DNA of 64,000 bases, from assembly GCA_039096225.1 (NCBI GenBank), contig JBBPEB010000015.1:1736001-1800000 (forward strand), written 5' to 3'. Positions 37,033-51,019 of this stretch are shown here, piece after piece. How positions within the stretch are numbered: position 1 is the first letter of the stretch; each line of letters starts with the position of its first letter. The notes below the pieces were generated by a model. The model searched no databases and was not told the origin of the DNA. It saw nothing but the letters and a program-made list of their open reading frames with translations. A program made the position numbers and the translations under genes. This DNA is from Blastocystis sp. Blastoise (lineage: Eukaryota > Protista > Bigyra: Opalinata).

Positions 37033-39161
37033 TTATTTTGTTTGACTTTTAAAAAAATTATAATATTTATTATACGTATCTTCATCAATATCTTGAATGG
37101 TATGATTCACCGCGGGGATTTCATCATTTTCTTGAGAGAGTTGTTCATTATATTGTTCACCATCTTCATAAATATCTTTAAATTCAGCCTCTTTCACCTC
37201 ATCTGATTTATTTTTCATATATATATCAAATTTTTCTCTATTATAAATAGAATAATATAATATGATATATATATTTATTATTAATGGAATAGAAATCTAT
37301 TATTTATAAATTAATTATGTAAATATTTATTAAATAAATACCTTGTTTTTACAGAAGATTTTTGTAGAAAATCAGGTACCTCGTTTCCACGAAACACAAA
37401 TGCTGGTTTATTGGTTATATCTAAAATATAGAAATAATATATACTTTTATATAATAATATATATAAATATACTTTTATTATTATCATCCAATTGAATTTT
37501 TATCTATATATAGAGAGTTATAACTATATAAATATATATATATATATATGTATATACTTCTCTTGGATCTAATTCATGAATAACACGAGCATCTATATAT
37601 ATATAGTCATATATATATAAATAGTTATATATATACCAGCAAATCGTTTATCGAGACTATTTGATTTCTCCACATCTTCCTATAGAGTAATAATAATAAT
37701 AATAATAAGAAGAAGAAGAAGAAGAAGAAGAAAAGGAATAAAAAGAACAATAATAATAATAATAATAAAAAATAATAAGAATAATAAAAAGAATAAGAAT
37801 ATTATATTAAATATATAAGAATAACTAGAATAAGAATAGATTAACCTAAGCCTATATATATATATATATACTAAAAGATGTTTTTCTTTAATAATATCGG
37901 AGGGTTTTCTTCTCGGTAATTCTTTATTCTCTAATTGTGCTAAATATGCCACTAATCCTGTTTTATGGCGTTCAGGATCATCATGCTCGATCTGTTTCTG
38001 AACCTTCTGAAGTAAAGATAATAAAGAATTCGCATTCTGCTGTGAATCTTCCTATATATATATATAAGCATAATAATATATTAATAATAAAATAGATATA
38101 TATTCATATTATAAATATAAATATAAACATAACAATAGCATAATTATATTTATAAAATATAATATTATTAATAAATAACTTATAAGTAATATTATTTATA
38201 AGATAGATGTAAATATATATACAGACACAAGTTTCGATTTACATTGATCACAGAAGAATGGTTGTCCAGGATTACAATAAGCCTGTATAACAAAGAATAA
38301 TAGAATTATAGAGATAATAAATTGAGTAATATTCATAATTATATCGGATAATAATAAAAATGTATTAATAATTATATAAATAAATTATATACAAGAACTT
38401 CTTGTGTTGTAAATAACTTTCCACAATTTTCATTTGTACATTTCTATATATATACATATATTTGATATACTAAGAATACTATATATCTAATAATATAATG
38501 TATATATAAAATATATAATAATTAATATACTAACAATACTATATATCTATAATATAATGTATATAAATAAACATAATAATAATTAAAATACTAACAATAC
38601 TATATATCTATAATAAAATGTATATAAATAAACAGAAATCTATATACATAACTAATTCCATTATTAGCTCTTTCACTAGCTTCTTGTTGTCGTATCTTTT
38701 CAGACATTAAATGTAAACGGTATTTAACGACATTTACAAATAAATGTAAATCGACATACCAATAAATTTCTTCTCTTCCTACCTATAGGAGTATATAAAT
38801 CATTTAGTTGAAATATTAATGTATAGATTAATAAAAATAATATACTTTTGTTAAACCATTTTCTTTTGTTTCTACCTTAGGAATTCGTTCTTTTTGGATT
38901 AGACGATGTTTTTCAAGGAGAATCAAGGATCCACGTATCTTTAATAATAATCATTATTATCTTTTCACAAAAACAAAATAAAAAAGAACTTACTAAATTT
39001 TGTGATAAGTCAATATACTCTTCTAATTTCTCATCATTCATATAATCATGACTAATAAGGTAATCACCAATAGCAATTTCATAATCACTATAGAAAGCCC
39101 GCAGAATAGTCTGGAATAACTTCTTGGCCAGATTGCAAGACATATTTATATCGCTTGACAT
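37033..39161 (-). CDS. GTF2E1: Transcription initiation factor TFIIE alpha subunit
   Basis: ILRAFY, YWYVDLHLFVNVVKYRLHLM, zinc ribbon YKCTNENC...FFCDQC. Confidence 0.9.
38465..38640. repeat. Intronic ~55-60-bp tandem repeat x3
   Basis: atactaacaatactatatatct...atgtatataaa repeated three times. Confidence 0.8.
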
Positions 39162-39344
39162 TTTATCTTCTTATTATACACAACAGTAACGAATCAAATT
39201 TCAAAGATGAGTATAGTTTTTGTAAAGTTATATTGTTAGATATGATATATATAAACGCTGTATATCTTTCTATGTAAAAAGAAACTCTAAACTTTATAAA
39301 ACACAGGAAAGATCAAATAAATAGAAAATTTTCTGTTTCTCAGT

Positions 39345-39416
39345 TAGAGATTTACAAAAAACTAGAGATTTACAAAAAACCGTATTAAGAATAATACGGT
39401 TTTTTGTAAATCTCTA
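39345..39416. repeat. Perfect 25-bp-stem inverted repeat plus 18-bp tandem duplicate of one arm
   Basis: TAGAGATTTACAAAAAACCGTATTA-agaa-TAATACGGTTTTTTGTAAATCTCTA at 39363-39416; extra TAGAGATTTACAAAAAAC at 39345-39362. Confidence 0.9.
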
Positions 39417-39860
39417 AAGAATAATTTGAATAAAATTATTTTTTATTATTTTTAAAATTTTAATTGTTTATAATTTGAATATTCATTTAAATATTTAGAT
39501 TGTATACATGTTATAGATCCCTTTCGATCCAATGCTATATTATTTTAAGTAGATGTCTGTAATTAATTTGCCACCAAAAATAATAAGGAATGATATTTCT
39601 CTATATAGCCTATGATTGATAGTTATACATACATTAATCATCATCTTAATTAAAAAATGAATCGTTATTCTAGTCAAAACTCACTCTATCCATTAATTGT
39701 CGATAACCGTGAATATATTCATACTTATTGCTATAAATTGAATAAAACCTGGGTTACCGCAAAGTGACAAAAACAAGCACAATTTCCTAATTATAAATAA
39801 AAAAAGAAAAAGAAAAGAAAAAAGAATTGCCGCTAATAAAATTCATATTTGTTGCGAGTT

Positions 39861-40824
39861 ATGTTTAGTCAATCTCAAGAGGATTCTTTATCTCAATTAA
39901 GTTGTTTCAAAGGAAAATTATTCTCTAGTCAACTCTCTCAAATTGATGATGAAAAATCTCAACCACATGATATTAGTTTGATAGATCTTGATAGTAATTC
40001 CAGTAATTATGAGACTGAATCAAAAGTAGCAAAGACGTTATTTGAATCACAAAATACTCAATCTCAACAAGCTAATGAATCAAATGATAGTCTTTCTTGT
40101 TTTCCTTTACTTCAAAATTCACTTCAAACGCCTTCAAAAAGAGTAGTTTCTTTTAAAGAAGTATATAGTTTGTTATGAATCTTATTTATTTAAAGAAATT
40201 CTTATTTTGACTTCATTCATTATCATTTTTTTATTATAGTATAATAATGATAGTGATGATATTATTGGAGAGTCTCCGATTGTTGATAAAAAAGTGTCTA
40301 TAAGTCAGAATATAGCTAGTAAATCAGGATGTATTGGAAAGAAAAGTGATTTATACACAACAAAAAGAACAAAACCTAAAACAAATAAACCTAAGAATAC
40401 ACAAACAAAACTAGATATATTTATGTATATATTCATTATTATTGTTTACTCAATTTTTTATAATAGATAATGTATCATTTATATATATATATATAGTTCT
40501 CCAAAAGAAGCTTCCCAATCAGATCTTGAATCTTCACAATTTCCTCCAATCAAATCCATGAAACGACATTTCCCTCTTTTCTCTTCACAGTCTCCTTCAT
40601 CATCATCTTCAATTAGTCGATATTGTACAGACTTTGATTGCATTATTGTATATATATATATATGAAATTAGAGTTATATTGCTGTTTATAGTATTATTTA
40701 TATTATTATTATTTATATTATTATTATTTATATTATTATTATTTATATTATTATTATTTATTTTATATATATTATTATTTATTTTATTTATATTATTATT
40801 TATTTTATTTATATTATTATTTAT

Positions 40825-40855
<31 letters not shown>

Positions 40856-40962
40856 GACTTTAGGACAAGGAGAGTATAGTCATGTATATAAATGCCAACA
40901 TAAATTAGATAAACAATATTATGCAATCAAAGCATTAACGATATCACAAGGAAAACAATCTT

Positions 40963-41051
<89 letters not shown>

Positions 41052-41910
41052 TTATTTATTTATTTATTTAAAAATATTTAAATATATATATATAGATCTA
41101 TTCAAAAGAGATTAGCTATACAAGAAGCACAAGTTATTGCTTTATTAGGTATATATATATAATTATATATATATATCTAATTATATATATATTTTTTAAA
41201 TAATTCATATATATATATATATATATATTATATAGGTTCTCATAAGCATATAGTATCGTATCATACATGCTGGCAAGAAGAAGGGTGTTTCTATATACAA
41301 CTGGAATACTGTCCTTTTGGAACATTAAAACAACTTATGGTGTATAATAAAGTATATATATATATAATGTATTAATAGAATATTTAGTTATTTATATATA
41401 TATATTATTTTTAATTTTTTTTTTTAGATCTATCGACGACTTCCTGAAGATATATGTATATTCATTTTATATCAAATGTGTATTTCATTACAATATATAC
41501 ATTCCCACGGTTATGGCCATATGGATATAAAACCAGAAAATATATTTATATCATCGATGGACACAAAAGAAGGCTTTATATATATACAACCCTCAGTTTC
41601 TGATTATAACCGCGGTTCTACAAGTCAAGAAGTTCTTGAAGATAATCAAAAAGATATACAAGAAAGTGGATATATATATAAAGAAATAAAAGAGAAATGT
41701 AATCATGATGAATCTATTAAACAGAAATATCATAATACAAAATGGAATTTCAAATTAGGAGATTTTGGATTAGTATTTATAGATTATTATATTTATTATT
41801 ATATTTATTATTATTATGTTTATTATTATTATAATATATATATATATATAGGCTTATAAGGAGGGTACTCCTGGAGGTCCACGAGAAGGAGATACTAAAT
41901 ATAGAGCACC

Positions 41911-41969
<59 letters not shown>

Positions 41970-42041
41970 GTTAATATCAGATACATTAAAAAGTGTATAT
42001 CCAACGGACATCTTCTCATTAGGAATGGTTATTCTTGAACT

Positions 42042-42082
<41 letters not shown>

Positions 42083-42363
42083 TAACAATAATCATAATCT
42101 ATATAATTAAATAGAGAATGGGTGAGTCGTTGCCGCCAACAGGTCCCGCGTATTCTCAAATCAGATTAGGAAAAATACCGTCGACGTGTGATGCGTCACC
42201 CTTCCTTATTGATATAATAAAAGTATATATATGAATATCATTTTTTTTTTACTATGAATAAATCATTATAATATATATATAGTCAATGATACAGCCAGTT
42301 CCTGAACTGCGACCAACAGCTGACGCACTCCTGAGTACTCTTCAAAAACAATATAATTTATAA
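39861..42363 (+). CDS. WEE1: Wee1/Myt1-family protein kinase
   Basis: [54 protein letters not shown]; SQ-rich N-terminus. Confidence 0.85.
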
Positions 42364-42699
42364 TATTATATAGAATCATTATGCTGTTTTTTTATTTAAT
42401 TTATTTTCATATTTTTTCTACTTTTAAATTCTTTCTTTTCTTCATATATATGGATTCTCTTCATTTTTCTTTTTTTTCATTTTTATTAATAGTATTCTTT
42501 TTTTCTGCGTAGTCCTTTATATATAATATCAATATATCTATATATATATAAATAGTTTTTCATTTCTAGTTATTTGCGAATATTATATACTTTTAATCAT
42601 TAATTATAGTTTTAAAAAAAATGCTGATATTTTGATTTTTTTATTATAAAAAACAAAACATTTCAATCATGAATAGAACATATATATATATAACATTTT

Positions 42700-43389
42700 T
42701 TAATTAGAATAATAAGGATTTCGATTTATAAAATTAAAATCTGTTGCTTTTCTGGCTGTATTTGATTGTATATTCATTATAGGAGGTAATTGATAATTTG
42801 TTGGTGTTTCTATATGACGTGTATTCATAGGATTATATTTATTTTTCTTTATTTTCATTTTCTTTTCTCTTCTAATTATTGGTCTTTTCACAAATGATAA
42901 TACACTTCCATCAGTTATATTATATTTAGATAATAACATAGAATTATCCACACATATTATATTTTCTGATGTCTTCAAACAATATACTTTCCAAATATAT
43001 TTCCTATATATACACAAAAACAATATATATATATATATTCTATAAAAAAAAATAATTGAATACCATGATATATGTTTGCCTATTTGTCGCATAATATGAT
43101 ATTGATTGTCTTCTATTGATTTATGTAGATCACACAACCTTCCATTCTGTTTTACAAGCACAAAATATGAAGTTCCATCTTGTTTATTTATTTTCAACTT
43201 CATAGCCTCTCCGTTTTCATAATCGATATACCGTTGAACCTCGTCATTTGACACATCATCTGGTAAATCTCTTAATAAATCATCATTCAAAAACTCTGCT
43301 ATTTTATCCTGGATATTTTTTAAATAGCTGGTTAATTGATTCATCTTCATTTCAAATGTGATATCTTCCATTGGTTCTACAGATTCCAT
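42700..43389 (-). CDS. SNRNP25: U11/U12 snRNP 25 kDa protein (minor spliceosome)
   Basis: LLRDLPDDVSNDEV...ENGEAMKLKINKQDG...VLVKQNGRLCDL...HISW/KYIWKVYCL...LSKYNITDGSVLSFVKR; one 60-nt intron 43004-43063. Confidence 0.9.
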   Translation of the reverse strand: MESVEPMEDITFEMKMNQLTSYLKNIQDKIAEFLNDDLLRDLPDDVSNDEVQRYIDYENGEAMKLKINKQDGTSYFVLVKQNGRLCDLHKSIEDNQYHIMRQIGKHISWYSIIFFYRIYIYILFLCIYRKYIWKVYCLKTSENIICVDNSMLLSKYNITDGSVLSFVKRPIIRREKKMKIKKNKYNPMNTRHIETPTNYQLPPIMNIQSNTARKATDFNFINRNPYYSN

Positions 43390-44101
43390 GATTTTTTGCT
43401 GAAACAAAGTATTTTTATATTATTTACTTAAGATATCGTTTGTTTATTTATAATAAAATATTCAAAACAATTCCGCGGAAATATAAAAATGAATACTGTC
43501 TTATTCTATTCTTTTTATGAATATTTTTTTTTATCTTTATTTCTTCTTTTGTCACTATTCGATAATGATACTAATGATTTGATAGAATCCAAGTTATTTC
43601 TGTGTACATAGTTTTAAAAAATATAGGTTTATTTTGTTTTAATGTGTTGATTCAAGAAGGATAATGTAGTATTCTGTAATATAAAAAGCTTATATTTGTA
43701 TGTATCGAAATAAGAGACATCCACGCTATATTATAGTATCTCAAAAAAACTCTTCAATGCGTGTTTTACAAATTTTTTCAAAATTTTAGTTTCTAAATTT
43801 TATATAAATGATTCTAATAGTTTACATCATTTGTTTATTCGTTATTAAATAGAATTATATTACTTTTAAATTTACATGATATATACATTTTTAAAAATTA
43901 ACTAAATGCTATGAGAAATATTAAATATAGCAAAATAAAACAATGTATGAATAAGATCAAATAAAAATGTATATATTAAGGAATAATATATCAGTGATAG
44001 ATGCATAAAATTAGATAAAAATTATATATATATTAGGAATCATTTAAAAAAAACAATAAATATTTAATAATGAACATAAATAATTATTTATAGTTATTAC
44101 T

Positions 44102-45140
44102 TTATCGTTTAGAATTTTTACGTTCTTCGATAACTTGTCGAATTGCATTTTGGAGCCAGTTTTCATCTAAATCAACTTTATGTTCAACGATAAATGTATG
44201 AGCAACAACAGCAGGATCATCATTCTATATATATATATAGAATGGAATTCCAAGAATAATAATAAGAAAGTTGAATAGAGTAAATGATGATAATAATTAA
44301 TTCATAAATATATATATATAATATAATAAAATCAATATACATATATGTATATATATTATATATACTTCATAAACATGAATAACTTCGCTACCATGATTCG
44401 GGATATCTAGTTTTATATTCGTAAATGGTTTTTCTTGAGATGTTGTATTATTAGTATTATTATTAGTATTAGCAGTATTATTAGTAGTAGTAGCACTAGA
44501 TAATGGATTATTATTTATAGAAGAAGAAGGATTCATAGATGAGTCATTATAAGCGGACCTGAATATACATATAGAGTTGAGAATTATATATTTTTATATA
44601 TGAAATAATTAAATATATATATATATATAATAAAATATATATAATAATATAATAAAAAATATATATATACATTTGTTTATTAGAATAGAAGTCATTTTTA
44701 TTTTGAAAGTTCATATTTTGTCTGTTAGGATATCCAGCTACATAAAGAGGTTGATTAAAAGGAGTATATATGTTATCAGTAAGATAAGAAGACGAAATAG
44801 GATTCATAGCATAATGATTAGGAGCAGTAGAAGGCATTGTAGCTAAATAACCGCGGGAATCGTAGGTAAAAGGATATAATAATTGATCTATATATAGGTA
44901 TTATTTAGAAAGAAAAAAAAATAAAATTTAAAAAAAATAATAAATAATAAGAATACTAAAAGAAAAATGAATAATAATATAATAAAAATAATAATATACT
45001 TGTCATTCCATTTATAGGTTGAGGGTATTGTCTATCATATTCATTTTCATAATAAATATCATTATTATTCATATTATTTTGTTTATTGACAGGAACATTA
45101 GAAGGATATCTAGGCACAGATGTATTCATCATCATCATCA

Positions 45141-45177
<37 letters not shown>

Positions 45178-46866
45178 GTTATCAGGAGTAGATACAGAAG
45201 GAAGAGTATTATTATTAGAATTATTAGTATTAGTATTCATCATATTATTATTAACAGTAGTAGTAGTAGTAGATGGAGTAGGAATAAAAGAAGAAGAAGT
45301 TGATGATAAAGATTCAATAGGATTTATAGTAGATTTAGAAAGAATAGAAGATGATGAAGTAACTGGTTTTGTTGTAGAATTCTTATTATTTATAATTTTA
45401 GCTGAAACATTAGTATTATCATTATCTTCATTCTCATTGTTTATAGTTCTTGAATTATTACTTTTTTCTTTATAATTACTATTTGTAGCAGGAATAGAAT
45501 GAGGAATAGATGGCATAATAACTTTACTCGTAGATGTATCACGAGAAATAGAAATATTGACTTTTCTTTCAGAAGGAATACTTTCATATTCTTCTTCTTC
45601 TTCTTCTTCTTCATCTTCATTATCATTCGCATAATGATTATAATTATTATTATAATTTCTATTCTTGTTATATCTATTATTATTGTTATAGTTATTATTA
45701 TAACGATTATTATTATAACTGCTATTATTATTATTATATCTATTTGAATTAGAAGAAGATCTTGACATTCTAGAATCAGAATTCATTCTATTGAAATTAT
45801 ATTGTGTATTTATTGATCTATCATTATAATGATGATTATTATTATTATTATTATTATTATATCTTCCATTATTATAGTTATTTCTATTACGTGCATCTGG
45901 AATAACTATGGTAGCATCTTCTTCTTCATCTATATTATTATTATTATCATTATAATCTTCTTCTTCATTATCTTCTTCTTCATTATTATTATCATCATTT
46001 TTATTATAACGATTATTATAACGATAATTATGTGTATTTCTATAATTATTACGTTCATTATCATAAGAATTCGATGGATTTGAATGACGATTATTATAAC
46101 GTGAACGAGTATTTCTACTATTCATTGAATAATTACTGGAATTATCATCTGTACTTATATTCTCTTCATTATTATCTCCATTATTCACGGTTATTTGACG
46201 ATTATTTGTATTACGTCTACGATTCTTATCATAACGAGAATAAGATTGAGATTGAGATGGAGAGGGATTTATAGAATTATTCGTAGAATCATCTTCTTGA
46301 ATTTCTTCTTCTTGATTCTCTATAATATAGTATTATTATATATTATTATTATTATAAATATTATAAATATATACTATTATCATATTGATTATCAAAATAA
46401 TGATCATATTGATTATCATAATAAGTAGCTCGAGTACGTTGATAATTATAACGAGAAGAAGTCATTTGACCATCAGGGAATACTATTCCCGTAGCATCTG
46501 CCTCGGGTTGTTCTTCATCTCCAAAATATATTTCTACTGTTCTATTATGATTTAAGATCTATAAAATATATATATATAATTATATTATATTTATAACTTT
46601 ATAGAAAATATAAGTAATAGAATACAGACTTATAAAAAATATAAAAATAAAAATATAGAATAAAAACAAAAAACTAATAATCATAAAAAAATATTATTAT
46701 TATTCAATATATATATACGGATCTTTTTGAATAACGATCTGAATTAGAGATTTCTGAATTTTTATCACTATTATTTATAGTAGTATTATCCTTATCAGCA
46801 TTATTATTATCATTGTTTACACTATTTGATTCCGACATATTTCTTCTATTTCTTGGTTTAAACTGC

Positions 46867-46928
<62 letters not shown>

Positions 46929-47454
46929 TGATATAGTAGAAGATCCTGAAGGCATAACTGGATTAGTACCTTCTGAAGTAGTAGTAACAGGAGCAGGAGT
47001 AGTAGCAGGAGTAGTAGTAGTAGTAGTAGTAGTAGCTTCTACTGATTCTGAAGACTTATTAGTCTTATCTATAAGGAATAATAATAGTTATATATTTCTA
47101 TATATTATAATAAACTCTTTGTATAGAAGATAATATAGATTTTTGTATATTCATATTATATATATATTTATAATAATATAATAAAAAGATACTATTTATA
47201 TATTTTGTTGATGGGTCACCTCTCTTACGTTTTTCAAATATTCCTATATATATATTGATATATATAACAAAAGAGAATTAATATAAAATGATATTTCTTA
47301 ATAGATAATATATACTTTGTTTTGACTTGGAAACTTGGCTGTCTTCTTGATTAGCTATAAAATAATAATAATAATAATAATAATATATATATACGAGTAT
47401 TACTTGTTTTTTCCGACTGATCTTTTGGAATATTTTTCTTCTGTTCTTTTTTAC

Positions 47455-47489
<35 letters not shown>

Positions 47490-47979
47490 GTAGTAGTAGT
47501 AGTATTCTTATCAGTATTCTCTTTTTCACTAATAGAATCATTAGAATTCTCTACAGAGTTCGTTTGCTTTGTATTTTGTATTTCTCTTGAATTCTTTTTG
47601 GTTCCACGAATATAAGGTTTACGTTTATTATTATTATTATCAGCAGTAGTAGCAGTATTATCTGTAGTAGTATTATTATCAGTAGTAGTAGTATTATTAT
47701 CAGTAGTAGTAGCAGTATTATTATTATTATTATCATTATTATTATGAGCAGTAGTAGTATTATTATCAATAGAAGCACTTTGTTTCTTATTTCTAGGAAT
47801 TCCTTTTGTTCTCATATTCACGGATTTCTTTGGTTTTACTTGGGTTTCTGCTGGAGTTGTATTCTCAATAGATATTTTATCTATATATAATTTATAATCA
47901 TTATTTTATAAAGATATATATATATATATATATTATACCTTTTGTATTATCTACAGATTCACTATTTTCATTCTTAGTA

Positions 47980-48019
<40 letters not shown>

Positions 48020-48061
48020 CCTCTTCTTCTAGATAAACTAAAAGGTTTACCACCTCTACCT

Positions 48062-48103
<42 letters not shown>

Positions 48104-49081
48104 CTTCTTGTATATGTTCCTCTGTGTTTATTATTGTGACTATCATTAGTAGTAGTAGCAGTAGCATCAGTAGTAGTAGTAGTAGCATCAGTAGGAGGAG
48201 GAGGAGGAATAGAATGAACATCAATAGCAATACTATTAGAAATAGGAGGAATAACAATATTATTATTATTAGTAGTAGTTTTATTATCAACTGGATTATC
48301 GATATCTATATTAGTATTAGAAATAGTAGAAGAAGATATAGTCTCTTTTTTAATACCATTAGTAGTAGTAGCATCAATAGTATTTATATTACTATTATTA
48401 TTATTTTCAGATTGATTAATAGAAATATCTTTACATTCAGTAGAAGCAGGAAGAGAAGTATTATCTTTATTATTCTCTTCTTTATTTTCTTGAATATCTT
48501 CTTTATTCTCTTCTTTATTATTCTCTTCTTTATTATTCTCTTCTTTATTATTATCTTCTTTATTCTCTTCAGGAATAGAGGAAGAAACAACAGTAGTATT
48601 CTTATCTGTTTCTACTTCTTTAGTAGAGATAGAGTGTTCCATTTGAATAGATTCATTAGTATTGATTTGTTTTTCTTCTTCTTTCATATCTACCTTGGTA
48701 GTGATATTACTTATTTCACTTACTTCTTGATTATTCACTGACACTTGAGATTCTTCTACTTGAAGATCTTGAGTAACAGGAGAAACTGTAGATTCTACTG
48801 ATGGAATACTATTCTTATCATCGGAAACGATTTCAATCTCTTCTTCTTTTTCTTCTTTATTCATATGATTCTCATTACTATTCACTTGTTCCTCTTGCTT
48901 ATTTTCTTCTATACTTTCACTAGATACAGGCATATCGTTCACAGAACTCTCATCAGATACTATATATATAGAATAATATATAAAAAAATCAAATAATAGT
49001 TAAAAAGAATAAATAATAATAAATAAATAATTACCAACAGTTCCAGTATGTTCATCAATACTCTTAATTAAATCTATATAT

Positions 49082-49172
<91 letters not shown>

Positions 49173-49800
49173 TATAATAATAATAAACTACCTTGAACTT
49201 CTTTATTTATATCTTCGACAGCTATATATATAGAAAATATAGTATGATAAAAATAATAATATATCAAAGTATACATTGAGACTGAACTAATGATTCACTG
49301 TTATTATCTATAATAAATAAATAAAACAAAATAAAAATAAATAAATAATGATTAGAAACCTTTACAAATAATATATAATACTTTAGATTATAATTAAATT
49401 TCTTATAGCATATATATATATTTAAAAAGCATGAAATTACATGACTAAAACGACAAAAAAATAAAAATACCTTCATTAAGTTCTTGATTATCATTACAAT
49501 TGTTTACATCGCTTGCAGGTTCTACAGATACATAAATGCAATAAAATATATACCTTTTTGAAATAATAAAATAAAAATAAAATACCTTCTGAATTCGTGA
49601 GGTTAGTTTCAGGCTGTTGGCAATCATCTATAAGCGTGAATAAATTAAATACGCTTAACAAATAGATATACCTTTCTGAACTTCAGTTGTAGTTGAAATG
49701 ATTGTATCTTGAGCGATCTTGTCAGAATTATTCGTTTCTTGTTCTATAAGTTTATCAATCAAATGCTTAAGAAGCAAATACCTTGTTGTTGTTCACTCAT
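44102..49800 (-). CDS. Large low-complexity (N/T/E/S-rich) protein with a small PFU-like C-terminal domain
   Basis: Many mini-exons splice in frame; C-terminus IKLDIPNHGSEVIHVYENDDPAVVAHTFIVEH; RGRGG and N/R/Y-rich segments. Confidence 0.65.
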
Positions 49801-50034
49801 ATTAGAAATAGGTTGAATGGCAACAATATCTATAATTTTTAAAAATTAGAGAACAAAATGACTGTGAAAATGAAAAGAATCTGAATTATGCTGATTATTC
49901 AGAATTGAGAAAAAATTTTCTCTCACAATTATTTTTTAGAATTCACTAAGAAAGTGAAAATATTCATAAAAGCGAAAAAGAGAGGAAAACCAACCTATTG
50001 TTTTATCTGATTAATATAAAGGGAGTAACTAATT

Positions 50035-51019
50035 ATGTCTGACACAGAAAGTATTAATGAGGAAGAATTGAGTCATGAAAGTGACGAAGAGTTAGATCTT
50101 TTAGAAAAGGACGACTTTGATGAATCTGATTTAGAATTAGGAGATACGGATGAGGTTGAAGGTTATTCTCATGCTGGTCTTGCTGATGCAATGAAGAAGA
50201 TTTTGGAGTGTAATATTCCAGATGATGTCAAAACACCTGTTTTATGTAGGAGAAAACTGAAATATGCAGAAATCAAAGAATCTAAACAGAAGGAGCATAT
50301 AGCAAAACAGATGAAAATTGAAAAGAAAGAGAAATTAGAATTTGGTCATTCAGAACCTGAAAAACTTAATAGTGATATGGATCTTCTTTTAAGAAAGATT
50401 GCTACAAAAGGAGGTATATAAGAATTTTTATCGTTTTTAAATTGTGTTTATTGTGTTTTTATGAATTTTAATTATTATATGTTTTTTAATGCAATCTTAG
50501 TTATTTTTTTAATTATTATTTTTTTTAATTATTATTTTTTTAACTATTATTTTTTAACTATTATTATAAATATATATATATAGCTGTTACTTTATTTACT
50601 GCTATTTCTACTTTCCAAAAGAAACGAAAATTAGAAGAAAAAGAAGCTCATTTAAAGAAAATTAAAAAATATCGTAAGAAGACTTTATTTGAAGTTCTTG
50701 AAAATACGACGAAATCACTTACTCAGAAATCAACTACAAATACAAATAAGAATGAAACTGATTTTATTCCTCCTATAGAAGTATATTCTATATTATATAT
50801 ATATATTTTATAGAATTATTTTCTATTTTTTTCTAATTTCTTTAAAGAATCATAAAATATAAGTTTTTTTTAAATATATTTTTAATATTATATATATATA
50901 TATAGCAGAAGAAGACTAATAAATGGGCTGCTGTTGATGAGAATTTATTAGCGAATCCTACATTAAGAGATTGGGATCAGAAACAAGATTCAGATGAAGA
51001 ATGGAGTGATGAAGATTAA
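50035..51019 (+). CDS. RRP15: Ribosomal RNA processing protein Rrp15
   Basis: GLADAMKKIL, PVLCRRK, LRKIATKGAVTLFTAI, WAAVDENLL...LRDWD. Confidence 0.9.

Noticed and set aside
44869-44878. ATATCCTTTT (perfect U12 donor) on the minus strand
   Set aside because: Lies within an open in-frame exon (LLYPFTYDSRG); no intron is needed and no nearby TTCTTAAT..AC was found
49900-49930. RRPE-like GAAAAAATTTT upstream of RRP15
   Set aside because: Too easily produced by chance at this AT content
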